This document shows, piece by piece, positions 52,286 to 64,000 of a stretch of 64,000 nucleotides of DNA (the first letter of the stretch is position 1; each line of letters opens with the position of its first letter). A program made the position numbers and the translations under genes. Source of the DNA: Gnetum montanum (Eukaryota; Plantae; Gnetophyta). The stretch lies in contig MNCI01001087.1 in assembly GCA_015680685.1 (NCBI GenBank), positions 267,575 to 331,574 of the forward strand. Reading direction: 5' to 3'. Below the pieces are notes generated by a model, which worked only from the letters and a program-made list of their open reading frames with translations, was not told the DNA's origin and did not search any database.

Positions 52286-52499
52286 TACCCCCATGACTAA
52301 GTGAAAACTCATCCTTAAGTGAACAAAATTAGGATCAAGCGTCTTACAAAATTAGGGAAGTATGAAATTTATTAACTAAAAATAACAAATGAACCAACTA
52401 ACCAAATGACTCTAAGTACCAAATTGTATGGAATTATAAAATTACTAGTCATGACAACAAAATTAGACACCCTTACAAAAAATGGAAACATGTTCCCTT

Positions 52500-55244
52500 A
52501 TATTGCCAAAGGTGAGGCAAATTTCAAACAGTGCTAGGAGGCATAGGCTCCTAGGACATTGAAGGTCCTTTGCCAGGCTCCAGCAATCATGGTGGTGGAG
52601 GTGGCTAAGGCTATCTTGCTACTATTAGTGGAAGCCTGAAAGCATCCAACAATGCTTTCATCTTCTCTTCCTTACTATGTAGGTCGTACATAGTCCATGT
52701 AGCTTTGCCAATGTGGGCTAGTACAAGAATATCCCACAAGCATGGCATTATTTAGAACATCTCTGCATTGAAAAACCATGCTGCAAATTGTTTACATTTG
52801 ATGTCGAATGTCTTTACAAGGTTTTGTAGCTCATGATGATCATTCATTCTCCTAGCAAATTTCATAGCAATAGATCATTGGTGAGTGAATCTACTCCAAA
52901 GAACTTCAAGCTCCACGTTGGTTGTCTCCAACTATTATTTTGTCTTCTTGTGGTGCTTGAATTCTACTTTGTACATGAGGTAAGAACTAACCATCTGCTT
53001 CTCCAATTCTATTTTTGGCCTTCTTGTGGTCAACATAGCCAAGTATTGCATATTGAAGGGTGCTAAGCTCTATACATTCTATCATATCCTTAATATGCAA
53101 CTCCTTTAGGTGAATTTTAGCTTTGTTATATGTGTTTAAGCCATTAAAGATTGGCTACCACACATTACCTCTTTGTTAGAGTTGTTGGAGGGCTTCATTC
53201 ATCTTTGCCTTAGCCAATTGTACCCCCTTTTTGTTCACCTTCTTGAGGAGCCCAACCTAGTTCCTGTAATGACCTCATTTTTCTAGGCAACTACCTCAAT
53301 GGTTATTTTTTGGTGAAGCACTTGAACTTCCTCCATCAAGGGATTTTATTCTCTGCTGACTTCCTCAAATTAAGGTTCACCTTGGCTAACTACTCCTATT
53401 GCTATCAAACGAATTCAACTATTTATTCCTTCTACTATTCAACACTACACAAGTGGTGAATGTCCTTGATGAGGACCAAGTTTTCTTTGCAAACTTGAGC
53501 TAGGTCCTTATTAGTGTTGAATGTCAAGGCTTCTAATAAGAAGATGTCAAATACCGTAGCCTCCTTCACATTCTCAACCTCTCTAAGTCTTTCTTGAAGC
53601 TATTAAAAAGCTTCATTTCACATGAGATCTAAGTTGAGATTGGTAGGGTTACAAAGACGAGCCCACAACTTTGCAACTTCAACATCCAACCATTGGTCTT
53701 TGGTAGTGGCTACTTGTAATTGAGCATTGGCAATGATCAAGTTACCCTTTGTCTTCAATAGATCTGACTAGGTTGCTATGTTTTCATCTAGGAGATCAAA
53801 GATCTTTAAAAGTAGTTGTCCAATTCCACTAGCCTTTCCAACACTTCCTCATGTTGGGTTGTACTCAACCAACCACTTCCTGCTGTTGTGGGTGTTTGAA
53901 CATCTTCCATGATGTCAATGTCTAGTACCACTACCATAGGAGCATTTAGAACCACAGCCACCCTATTAGCCATCACCTCTACCCCTGTCTCTTGTTCATG
54001 ATGCGACATCATCAAGACAATCACTCCCTTGCCTTTCTCCAAGCATACCAAGAAAGTTGTGGCATTTCTAGAGAATTTAGAAAAGTCTTGTATAAGGATG
54101 GACACTATAACCTCTTGGGTGCAAGGATTCGTTCCTACAGGTGCCTGCATTAAGAATAGTAGGATGGTTTTCTCTAGCCAGCTAATGGTCCTTGTGACCT
54201 CATTGAGATGGCTCAATGCTGAATGATAAATGAATGGCTCACAATCACCTACCAAGCCTTCTTGTTGCTATAACTACTACTCACAAAGCTTTCAAAGAGT
54301 CTCTACAACTACACATGCTTCTAGCATGGTCTCTCCTATAGCTTGTGGTGGTGGTCACTCCTCTTCCTATAGCTTTGTAGTGCTTTATCTTTCATTATCT
54401 CCTGCTAAGATGTAGTAGGAGCATGGCAAAGTGTGTCATTTTCATAGTGTGTTATGCCTCACCTCTTCGAGAGCTTCCAAATGAGGCACAAAAAGGATAA
54501 TGTCTTCCTTCCTTTTTCATTTGTTTTAAACCACTACTCTATCTCTACATAGATAAGCTAAGGAAGGTTAATAGGGAATTTTCCATAATTTTGAAATATG
54601 TGTGCTCCACCTTGGTGAGTGCATTGTACTCCTTGTATTCCACCCCATAACAACACTTGATCCACTCTTTCTTAGCTTCAAGGTCCACCTGGGTGAATAT
54701 CTCTGCCAAAGTTGCCGCAATACTAGGTAAACCAAGGACCTCTATGATAAACTCAACCAAGTATGAGATGGTGATGTCTTTGATTTTAACTGATGTGTCT
54801 CCCTGTTGGTTGTTACAAAATAGATAGGTTTCCCCCATGTACCACTCTCCACTACAGGATAGAATGGGCCACATAGGAGAGCCTTGTAATTATGTGCAGA
54901 CTTTCTCAAGCACTAGTTCCAAGAAGGATTCAAAGTTGAATTCTTTGAGAACTAAACTCTAAACCTTCTTGGTTAGGATTTTTCAAGGCATGCCTATGTT
55001 AATGTGACCTCCATGTTAGGTCTTGGCCTTGGTGCCTTATCTTGCTTAGATTAGCTAGTTTCCATAGTGGGAATCTACTGAACAAATTCCACTTTAGGAT
55101 CCTTCTGAATAGGTCCCATCACATGAGTTACTTCAACTTCTTACTCTTGGGGCTACTATGGCTATTGCTAGTTCCTTCCACCTCGTGGCCATTTCTCCTT
55201 AGATGAAAAGGCCCTCCTACTATTGCTTTCCTCTTTGGTGCCAT
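52500..55244 (-). pseudogene. Extra ORF (Athila ORF2/'env-like' position) of element E; Transposase_32/PMD-like N-region and coiled-coil C-region
   Basis: Starts ATG GCA CCA AAG AGG AAA (MAPKRK). Contains VKIKDITISYLVEFIIEVLGLP. Heptad/E-rich C-terminal part and many stops. The 3' boundary is approximate. Confidence 0.6.
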
Positions 55245-56999
55245 CTATGATCACAAATATAACCAAGGATTAGTAATTAATGTATAACCTTTAGTTTCTT
55301 TTTATACCTTTCTCATTTGGTTAGGTTACACTTAGGTTCATTTGTGATCTTGGTAGGCCCATTAGTTCATTATTTTATTATTATTTTATTCATCAGCTAC
55401 CAGAGTTTGTTTATAAGGTTTCACTTAGTGTAAGTAGGATTTTTAATATTATTTTAATGATTAAACCTTAGAGAGTTAGAAAAATTTTCCAACATGAAAA
55501 ACTAAATATTCTAAAAGAGTTTCAAGATGAAATTAGAGTCTAAAGAAAGCTAGAAAAGCCTAGAATGATGACAAGTCATAGAATAGGGCATGAGATTATC
55601 TTTGAAAAAGGAGATTTTTAAGAAAATTAAATATGCGCAAGGGTTGCAAAACTAGATGTTTATTATGTAAAATGATAGAATTGAATGCAAACTAACTAAG
55701 GGACAAGAATTTTAATGGAACCATACTAAAGAGTATCAAGTGGATCGTCTCAATAGCAAGCTCATGTAATTAATACCCTTGCATGCCCTCATACCCAAGA
55801 GTCTATATGCACCAAGGATGATTAATGATCATGAACCATTAAAAATCAAATCCACATGAGAAATCATCAAAGGATTAGAACATACCAAAAAAGACACATT
55901 AATTAACCATTATAGGAGGCAGTGAGATGGTGGATGATAAGAGTTGAATGATGGAAGAGAGAGAGAGAGAGAAAGAATGAAAATGGAGTCTCGCATCTTG
56001 GTCACATGAAGTCCTTATGGAATGTGTGGTTAATGTGACCTGATATTGTCCTGTCCTTAGTTAGAACCAAGTCCATCCACTTATAGTGACTTTACATTGG
56101 CACATTTAGATCGTTTGACCCTCCAAATTCATGAACACCCCCAAAGATTAACCACCATTCCAAATGAAGAAAAAAAGGAAAGCAAGAAGTTAGAAAGGAC
56201 CTTAGTTAGAGGGGTGTCTTTAAGCATGCATGACATGTCTTTCCAACCCAATAACCAATGCTTGTAACCCATTATGGTGTCTAAGGAATGTGCTTTGAAT
56301 TTCCATGTTGTGTTGTTTTTCATGGGAACCACACCATGCAAAGACATGCTTCTTGTTAATGGTCAATAGTAGGAATGATGAGAGATTAATGAGAATACCC
56401 ATAAAACTTAAGAAGGTAGTCAAGTACAAAAGGTGACAAGTCCCCTTGAAGCCACACCCTTATCTATTCCACTTGATTCATTCTAAGTCTATTAAGTATC
56501 AAGGTCACTTATTCTTTTATAAGTTGTAGTTAAGAAAGAACATCATGCTTTCAAGATGAAAGAACTCCATGGAGTTGAGTGGAATGGGTGGATGATGTGA
56601 GCTCACTACCTAATACCATAGGAAAATCAATGTTTCATTAGTCGATGTCATAATTCAAAAATGAAATCCAATTATTGAATAATCAATCTAGACATGAAGT
56701 ATAGTTTAATTGAACTTCCAGTAATTAACAACTATATTAAGCACTAGAGTCCTGATGGACAATAAAGAAGAAAACACATGTAAGAAAATTTAAACAAGAA
56801 AAATATATAAAATAATTTGCAAAATACTCAAGAAAATAGAAAATGAATAAAGAATGGTGTAAGATAAGAAAAGTTGAAAAACTAAGGAGCTATCACAAAA
56901 TCTTAGCATGGATAACCATCTCCCCCATGACTAATTGGAAAGGAAAGACCCGAAAGATAGAATGTGCTCAATCATCAGTTGAGGTGTTCCTACCACATG

Positions 57000-59043
57000 T
57001 TATCCTTGATTCCATGAAAGGTTTAACTTATTACATGTTAACCAACAACCATTTGTTCAGACTAGCATAATCATCATGACCCTAAATGGAAAAGTGATAT
57101 GAATAATATAAGGTCCTTCCCATAGCATCTGAAATTTTTTGCATTGAGGTACATGCATGGGCTTCCACTAGAGAACCTTATCTTCCAATTGGAATTTAAC
57201 TTTCCTTATTTTTAAGTCATGACATTGTTTAGTATGTTCCTTGTGCACTTCATTCAAGGATAGGACTACAAATCAATTTTTGCCTAGCATGTTTAAGTTC
57301 ATTAATCTTTATCTTTAGGCTAAACTCAAATTGAGGTCAAGTTCAAAAGTCATTGAAAGTGTATGGAGATCTACTTGAATAGAAAGAGTTAGAAGTTTTC
57401 CATACACTAACTCATAAGGGGAATAACTGATAGGATGTTTGCAAGTTGATCAATAAGCCCAAAGAGCATCATTGAGTTTTGTACTCCAATCTTTCCTATA
57501 TTTACTAAATGTGCATGTTAGTATTCTATTTATTTCCCTATTTATAACTTCTATTTGACCATTAGCTTGGGGTGGTATAGAGTTATGAGGTTTTGTTCTA
57601 CCCCTAAGTGTTACATAAGTTTCCGAAAAGTTTCACCTATAACATGTGTTCCATTATCAAAAATTACTATCCTTTGCACACCAAACCTATTTACCACATT
57701 TTGTTATACAAACCATGATGTGGTAGAGTATGAATAGTCAACAATGGCAGTAGCTTCAACCCATTTTGTGTAGTAGTCAACCGTGACTATGATGTACATA
57801 TTTCCATTGGACATGGGATTGATGGATACCATGAAATTGATGTTCCAAAGATTAAAAGGCTCTAGTGGTTAAATCTAATATTGGGATCCTTCCATCCATG
57901 TAGTCATCCCTCCATCTCTTTGACATCTATCACACAAATGGAAGAACTAATGGGTATCCCTGAAGATCATTCACTAGTAATATCCTGTCATGAGGATTTT
58001 AATGGTTGTCCTCCTTCCAGCATAGTGGTCCCCACAAGGTTCTTCATGAGCATCCTAGAGGACTCAAAGTTGATCAACATCAAGTACACACCATCGTACC
58101 AAGCCATCAACATAACTTTTGTAGAGGTTGTCTTTGATTTCCATGTAGTGTTTAGCCAATTGAAGAAATGATTATTTACTCTTGTTATCCCATTCATGTG
58201 GCATCTCTTGAGTGAGTAGGTAGAAGAGGAAACAATCATACCAATTGAAATCTTTGGGATTTCGAACTTCAATAATTTTAGCAAAGAGGACTTCATCTAA
58301 ATATTGATCAAATAATAGTCCTTCATTCTCTTTGTTGTCCAACCATAATCAAGACATCATCGACCACATTCTCGATCCCCTTTTTGTCCATCATAGTGAG
58401 GTTAAACTCCTAAAGAATCATTAACCACTATATGACATAGGGGCTCACCATTGGTTTGTTCATGAGGAACTAGATAGCATTGTGATCTGTATGCACAAAA
58501 ACTTAATATTCAAGGACATAGTGCCTAAATGTCTCTAATTCATACACCACTACCATGAGCTCCTTTCATTGGTGGTGTAGTTCAGTTGTCCATACACAAT
58601 ATTTTATCTTACATAATGGATGTAGCATGGATATTTCTGATCATCCAATTGTGTAAGCACAACCCCCAAAGCATCGTTGGATGTATTAGTCATGATGTGA
58701 AATGGTCTAGACTAGTCAAGTGCCCTAGAATTGAAGTCTCCACAAGCTTCTATTTTAACTATTGGAATGTGCTCTTACATTCCCTAGTCCAAGTAAAAGG
58801 TGCATCCTTCTTTGTCAGCTCCACCAATGGTTTAGCAATTTTCAAGAAGTTCTCAATGAAGCACCTATAATAACTAGCATGGCCAAGGAATGACCTTACA
58901 TCTTTTGTCGTTTCTAGTTATCTAATGATTCATTGGATGATCCATACTTTTTTCAAGTCTACCTCAATCCCTTTACTAAAAATGTTGTGCTCCAAGATAA
59001 TGCCTACTTGAACCATCAAGTAGCTCTTTTTTCAATTGAGCTT
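57000..59043 (-). pseudogene. RT end, RH and INT of element E
   Basis: RSFLGHASYYRCFIENF, NYTT.E.EL, HEEPCGDHY, VDYYTKWVEA and KLNDALWAY motifs in decayed frames. Confidence 0.88.
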
Positions 59044-60211
59044 TGTAGTGATGGAAAATTATAGCACTAGAAAACTGAAAGATTCTATTTTAGCACTAGA
59101 AAACTGAAAGATTGAATTTTGCTTTTGCGCTCAATGAGATGTGTTACATTCAATGAACTTGATTTCTACTTTTTTGGTAAATGAGATATGCTACATTTAG
59201 TAAACTTAAGCATGAGGCATGTTGGAGAACATGTCAAAAGATCATGGTGCATGAATGTTAAACATAGGTTTTTAGTGTTAACAAGGTATGAAAGGCTATA
59301 ATTTGGCTACAGGGAGTGGCTATGTACAAGTGGTGATGGAAGTGATGTGAGGTCAGCATTGTTGGCAAGATCAAACAAGCTAACCACATCTCGTGCATTA
59401 AGGTTACGCGATAGCTCACTGCTATGATGAGTCACATCTTTGTAATGACTTCAGGCTTCATCCTACAAACACAACTCCAAGAGAACAACAAAACAAGCCA
59501 AAGAGCACATGTGATTACAAGAATTTGTATAAGCCTACATGAGTCAGCAAGCATACATAGACGATAATTGTTTATAATCCACATATATAGGAGAGGGTTG
59601 TATTTTGTTTAATGGATTTGTACAAAGTTCATAGACTTTAAGATGCCAAAAAAAAAGTGTTATGAATGCCATTCGTACTCATTAAAACTTGTGAGCAAAG
59701 GCAAATGATACTAAAAGTAAACACATTAATTGTTAGAGGTAATTAAGGTCATGTGAAGGCTTTAATGTCACCTTGCAAGGGTTTGGTGATGTCTTGAGCA
59801 ATCTAGATTCCAATCAGGAACTTGGTTTCATGTGCTTTCTCCTCACCATCATGGTTTGAAATAAGGAGTTCAACCAAGGAATCCTATGTGATGTTTCTGA
59901 CTTCAAGGTCAAGGGCAATTAAGCCATTCTAAGGCATTGAGGCTACATGGTCAAAGGCTTATAGGTTGTCGATTTAGGCATCCATGGGGTAACTTGTTTG
60001 AACAACATCACCATAAGGATCAACTTGAGCTCAAAGGCTAGGCGAATCACTTCCTCATCTCAATAACTTAATCTTGCATATCAACACAAGCACATCAAGT
60101 AGCATCTACATGATAAAATCATTAAATAGTGCTAGAATAATGTGAAATATCATAATACAAGGTCAAAACAAAGTAACACAAGGCTAAACAAGGCAAGGTA
60201 GGGTCACTACA
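59044..60211. repeat. Probable solo/recombinant LTR of another family
   Basis: 8-bp inverted termini TGTAGTGA...TCACTACA, and it truncates the RT of E abruptly. Flanking 5-mers differ (agctt/aggca). Confidence 0.45.
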
Positions 60212-61325
60212 AGGCAAAGTAAGGTAAAACTAGGCCAAATAAGGTAGAAGCAAAGTAAAAACAAAGTAAGATGAAGTAAGAATAAGTTTAAAACAAAATA
60301 AAATATGGCAAATAATGTTAAATAAGTTCAAATAAGACAAGTAAGGTCAAAATACTATTAATTAATTACATTTAGTATTTTTTTGTCATTTTGTATTTAA
60401 GATAAGCAAAATTCTAATAAAGTATGCTATAATTTGGCAAAATTTAGCAAAAATATGCTACGAAATGTTAAAATTAGAAAAAAGTAGGTTATAAATTGTT
60501 AAAATAATGGACTTTCATGGTCAAACTAGTTTAGAAAACTTGAAAAATTTCTATTTCCTAGCATGTAGAGGCTATGGTCAACTTCAAGTCTAGGTTCAAT
60601 GTATCTAGTCGATCATCTCACACTTTTCCAAGAGTCCACTAAGTATCATATGGGCAAGTTTAAAAAAGAAATCAACAGTTTCTATTTTTATTTTTTATTT
60701 TTTTAAGGGGATGGAATTTGAATTCCATCTTATGAAATCAAATATGAAAGTTTTTATGCATCCATACGATAGCCCACACGATGCAACACGATGGGCATCG
60801 TATGAAATCTAAATTCCATGGTGCAGCATCAAGATGGAAATTTTTATTTCGTCTATGGGATGGCACACGATGGGCATCGTGTGGAGTTTGCTTTCCATCG
60901 TATCGTATAGCATCCAAAGTCTCCAAGGTTTAGCAATTAGAATTCCCAAGGTTTTTTTGCAGTGGAAGATGCAGGAAGGAGGCAATGGAGATCTGAGGAT
61001 TACGTCTGGTGCGACGATCACGCTGGCGAAGGGCGCGGGGCCAGCTTGTGTGAACTGCATGGTGTTCCAACCTATCTACTGCAGATTTAGACACAACCCA
61101 ATATTTTATACTATGCTTCGCAACCCAAAACCCAATTATATGTATGCCAAAACTAAAAATGATTCCAAAAGAGCAAAACCCACAAGTGAACAGGAAGCGC
61201 CAGATCTTAATCCCAAACAGAGCAAATCTCTGCGTTTTTCCATCCCAGAATCTTAAGCCGCCATGGACAAAACAGTGAGACCTATGAGACCCAACAAAAA
61301 ATTAAGCTGTTCAAGCTCCTAAATT

Positions 61326-61598
61326 ATGGCTAATTTTACGGCAAGAACGAATTTGGTTACAGCGTATTTAGGCAAATTTTATTTATTTATTTATTTGTTT
61401 TTGTTTTTGTTCTGCTGTGACTGTGGCTCCAGTGGCGGTAGCATTTTGGCAGCACAATCCCAAGAGAATCCAAAAGACGTAGCGTGCGTGCAGGGCCTGC
61501 AAGATGTCATTGAAGATCTGAACAAGAAGCTCGTGAAATGGAGCTCGGCCAAGATCCAGACCCCAGCAATGATACCTTCTGGGAGCTTCTTGTTTTAG
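61326..61598 (+). pseudogene. 5' fragment of an LRR receptor-like protein/kinase (signal peptide + LRRNT_2 cap, RLP44/BIR-like), frameshifted
   Basis: A hydrophobic stretch is followed by ENPKDVACVQGLQDVIEDLNKKLVKWSSAKIQTP. Adding one T gives TP-C-NDTF, the cap cysteine. No LRR repeats follow. Local CpGs are retained. Confidence 0.45.
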
Positions 61599-62299
61599 TC
61601 TCAATAAACATCTCTCTGTTCAATGAGCAGGCTTTTTTTTTTTTCAAGTGCTGGTGGTGCCCTGTTTCTGTCGGTTCTATCAGCATCAGTGTATGCTGGA
61701 TTTGTACAACTCCGTTTCATGAGATTTTGTGCTCCGTTTTCTGTTCTTCAGTTTACCTTTAATGCATCAATTTATTAGCTGACCAATTCTAAATTACTTC
61801 CTTCTCTTTATCTCGTTCTTTTAATTTCTGATTCATCAACGTGCAGCTCCTATATCTCTAATTTTCAATGCACAATGTCTTCGTTTCAAACACTTTCTCT
61901 GTACATACAATAGGTAAATGGTAATCATGAGGCTAGCTTAGTTTTGTAAATCTGATAGGCTCCATGGAAATGATGTGCAATTTTACGTTTGCATATATAT
62001 ATTGAGAATGTGAGTCTTATTGTTGAGGCAGGTGTACCTAAATATGTGTACAAGGCCTGAGTCCTTATTATATTTAAATGGACTTAATCCCTTTGCAGAC
62101 ATTTCTTAGCATTTCATTGCTAGAGACAAGATTTAAATTTGTCTAGGTTTTGACCCTTCAATGACTAGTTACTATTTCTCTGATAGTGTATCTATGGTTG
62201 AACCACTGGCTCTTCATATTTTGATGAGTTTCTTTCCAGGAATGAAGATCCTACCTTCTATCACCCATCATTGTTATATTTTAAGTTGAATTTTATTCT

Positions 62300-63658
62300 T
62301 TCCGAGTTTTTAGTCATTGAAATATTAAGACAAACATATTTGGTTTTGATGTTTTTCTACTTTTTTAATGTTTTATGTTTTTATGTAAACATAAATAGTA
62401 AGTGTAATTTATGAGCATAAATAGTAAGTGTAATCTATGAGCTGAGGCATGATAAAAAACTAGGACACAAAGAAAAATTGGTAAATAAAATATGTTGTAA
62501 TAAATTTATAAATCAGGATGTAAACAAGCAATTAAAGATTGTAAATAATGTCATTAAGTGAATTGACCACAATGTTTATATAGAGGAAAGAAAGAAGAGG
62601 CTATCACATTCACTAGTTTTAGGTCCTAGCAAGTCATTTGCCTTGTCAGTCTTAGGCTTTGGTAGGCCATGGCCTTGGCAAGCCATTATGTTGCTAGTTT
62701 TAGGCCTTGGTGGGCCATCAAGTTGCCAATTTTAGGCCTTGGCAGGCAATGACCACACTTGTTAGACAAGTGTGGGATAGTCTCACAAGAAAATACAAGA
62801 ATAAAAAAAACATTGAAACATGATATAAAGCCACAAAATGAGACAAACAATAATTAGTAAAGAAAGGGGCAAGATGTTAACTATGGATTTGTTGCTTGAT
62901 CTTTGACATATCAAGGAATCCCTTCTACACAATTCTATGCTCAACATCCTTCTTGCTCAATATGATAAGTGGAAGGTTTTCTCGTTGGTTGCTTGATGTC
63001 CTAGAGTTAGCACTATTAACATTGTTGTTGTCATTGGTGGCCCCAGCTTGTGTGTTGGGAGTTTCATTTTGAAACTCCACCTCTAAAGCTTAGTCAATGT
63101 TGACATTATTAATTGATGGTAGGCACGTGTCATCCCCACGAATCACAATTTCACCACCCTCATATGGTAAGTGAATCTCCTGATGTATAGGAGGTGAATC
63201 CACTCGAAGCTTAGCCAACCATGGTCTCCCTAGGATTAAGTTAAACCTAGGTGTCTCTTCAACAACTAAGAAGTTGGTGGATGTGGGAAAGTATTCCCTG
63301 GCTACAAAATCCAAGAAGATAGAATCTTGAACTGCTACTCATGATTTATTGAATGACTTGAGCACAGAGGTAGAGGTTTCTTGGATGTTTTTAGACATGC
63401 CTAGCTTCTCAACAACAATAAATGGTACCCCACATTAGTTGCAGCCCCGTTGTCTACATGGACACGATGAATGTTATACTTGTCAAAACATATAGTAATG
63501 AGGAGAGGAACATATAGCACTTCTCCATTCCATGGGTCAACCTTCAATTCATTATCATGAAAGGCAAGCATGAGTTGATGTTTATCCTCGTTAAGCAAAG
63601 TTCACTTAATGATGGAGTGAATGGATTTTTTGTTGCCAAGCATGTCTCTGCTCATAGG
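62300..63658 (-). mobile_element. Fragment G: third Tat element of the A/C family (gag end, protease, post-PR repeats)
   Basis: HRVHVDNGAATNV...FNLILGRPWLAKL...HQEIHLPYEGGEI. The ORF ends KIKQQIHS* at ~62878. agttttaggcc repeats at 62610-62750. Confidence 0.85.
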
Positions 63659-64000
63659 TGATGAGACGCGACATGCACAGTGCCGCGATATCGCGTACGC
63701 AATATCGCGGCCGCATCCCATGCGATATCGCGTACACGATATCGCGTCTTTCCCTACGATATCGCGTACGCGATATCGCGGTCCGCCGCCATATCTATAA
63801 ATAAGAGGCAGCACTCCCCTTATTTCCCAATCCTGGCTAGAAATAGCGAAGCTCTGGCAAATTGATCACTCCAGAGTTAGAATTTTTCCCATGTGCCCGC
63901 AATAGGAGTCCTAGAGTGAATGGCTCTTTATTCGAGCAGCTTGTAACCTGAACCCAAGTTGTCTACGGTAATAAAGACGAACTTGATTGGATAAACCTTG
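63659..64000 (+). repeat. Start of a young B-family LTR (H) inserted in gag of G
   Basis: TGATGAG start, homologous to 24898-25170. No PPT before it. CpG-rich GCGATATCGCG array is intact. Confidence 0.88.

Larger units (their letters stand above)
51400..59043 (-). mobile_element. Element E (3' part): Athila-like retrotransposon retaining an extra sense ORF between INT and the 3' LTR; truncated in RT
   Basis: 3' LTR 51400-52285, PPT (catgggggta on -), ORF2 ~52500-55244, INT ~57000-58250, RH/RT ~58300-59043. Confidence 0.88.

Noticed and set aside
60809-61256. 140-aa (+) and 83-aa (-) ORFs as host genes
   Set aside because: No recognisable motif. They partly overlap a hairpin repeat and are more likely promoter/UTR sequence.

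Overview
This is AT-rich land-plant nuclear DNA, almost entirely a nest of decayed Ty3/Gypsy LTR retrotransposons. I found no intact host gene, RNA gene or CRISPR array. Two superfamily branches are present. Tat-clade elements (tRNA-Asn PBS; RT-RH-aRH-INT order) are A (<1-19617, -), C (25686-48089, -) and fragment G (~62300-63658, -). Athila-like elements (TGATGAG...CTCATCA LTRs) are B (19618-25685, +), D (27810-34944, -), E (51400-59043, -) and an LTR start H (63659-end, +). A is inserted in the protease of B, B is inserted in the integrase zinc finger of C, and D is also inside C. The main finding is that in both A and C the gag-protease ORF ends at a conserved stop and is separated from RT-INT by a multi-kb antisense gene. 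That gene has 8 exons in A, and the clearly readable introns (1, 2, 3 and 5) have the same positions and phases in the two divergent copies. Its ~1,070-aa reconstructed product has an FCP1/SCP (NIF, HAD-fold) phosphatase-like domain lacking the catalytic aspartates, a PMD/Transposase_32-like domain, a basic NLS-like patch and a coiled-coil tail. Each element also carries its own array of a short CG-containing motif in the LTR and near the cargo gene 5' end (A: CAGCGTGAGT; C: CAGCGTAGTC). This suggests a co-evolving protein/motif system, possibly anti-silencing (inference). A 424-N gap is flanked by a 791-bp exact duplication, probably an assembly artefact. A small frameshifted LRR-receptor (RLP44-like) N-terminal fragment lies near 61.3-61.6 kb. 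All domain calls were made by eye from motifs; no searches were run.
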